The translations under genes were made by a program, and so were the position numbers. Source: a virus. Taken from it: a stretch of DNA of 64,000 nt. The DNA is taken from IMG/VR virus record IMGVR_UViG_3300030107_007542, positions 96,001 through 160,000 of that record; one strand, given 5' to 3'. Numbering within the stretch: the first letter of the stretch is position 1; each line of letters opens with the position of its first letter. The notes under the pieces were generated by a model. That model worked only from the letters and a program-made list of their open reading frames with translations, was not told the DNA's origin and did not search any database. Shown here one piece after another: positions 63,890 through 64,000 of the stretch.

Positions 63890-64000
63890 TTAGTATTCCA
63901 ATCCCTTGAAGTCAAAAGGGTCTACGTCCGTAGAATTACGGGGGTTTTCGGGTTCGCCTTCGCCCACTGCGTCGGCAACTGAGTTTCGGAACTGTTCCTG
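63890..64000 (-). CDS. C-terminal fragment of an ORF entering from the right edge
   Basis: Open frame ...DPFDFKGLEY* ending at 63890. Confidence 0.55.
   Translation of the reverse strand, partial: QEQFRNSVADAVGEGEPENPRNSTDVDPFDFKGLEY

Noticed and set aside
1-64000. Alternative genetic code (stop-codon reassignment), as in some huge phages
   Set aside because: Recognisable proteins are full length under code 11; TAA, TAG and TGA all end genes at expected positions; coding density is high.
1-64000. Bacterial chromosome or prophage origin of the window
   Set aside because: Baseplate, sigma-like, PhoH, tRNA, endolysin and orphan-rich single-strand organisation fit a large lytic phage; no integrase or core housekeeping operons are present.

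Overview
This window is a segment of a large, lytic-looking tailed dsDNA phage (jumbo/huge myovirus-like). It uses the standard genetic code, is densely packed and is almost all on the minus strand. From left to right it holds: (1) a baseplate/tail module (partial LamG protein, gp6-like wedge, gp25-like wedge, a 2047-aa orphan, a probable hub and a GH19 lysozyme) and a sigma-factor-like gene; (2) a ~19.5 kb nucleotide-sugar/glycosyltransferase island with two ThDP-enzyme + C3-dehydratase modules, a PanB homologue, Gmd, RmlB/RmlC and heptose kinase/nucleotidyltransferase; (3) a Cas4-like nuclease, PIN-PhoH, tRNA-Asn and tRNA-Thr; (4) an 82-nt RNA gene with both ends of a tmRNA but no tag-encoding domain, which is the most striking element; (5) acidic, probably head-packaged proteins sharing an N-terminal helix motif; (6) a lysis region (amidase, holin-like gene) and an HNH nuclease; (7) an inverted yeaH-ycgB(spoVR)-yeaG(prkA) operon with its own sigma70 promoter; (8) a non-coding G-tract/ACTCAC-repeat region followed by early-type genes with consensus sigma70 promoters. 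A CTANTTA motif recurs just upstream of many starts and is a candidate phage late promoter. All family calls come from motif recognition by eye; no searches were run.
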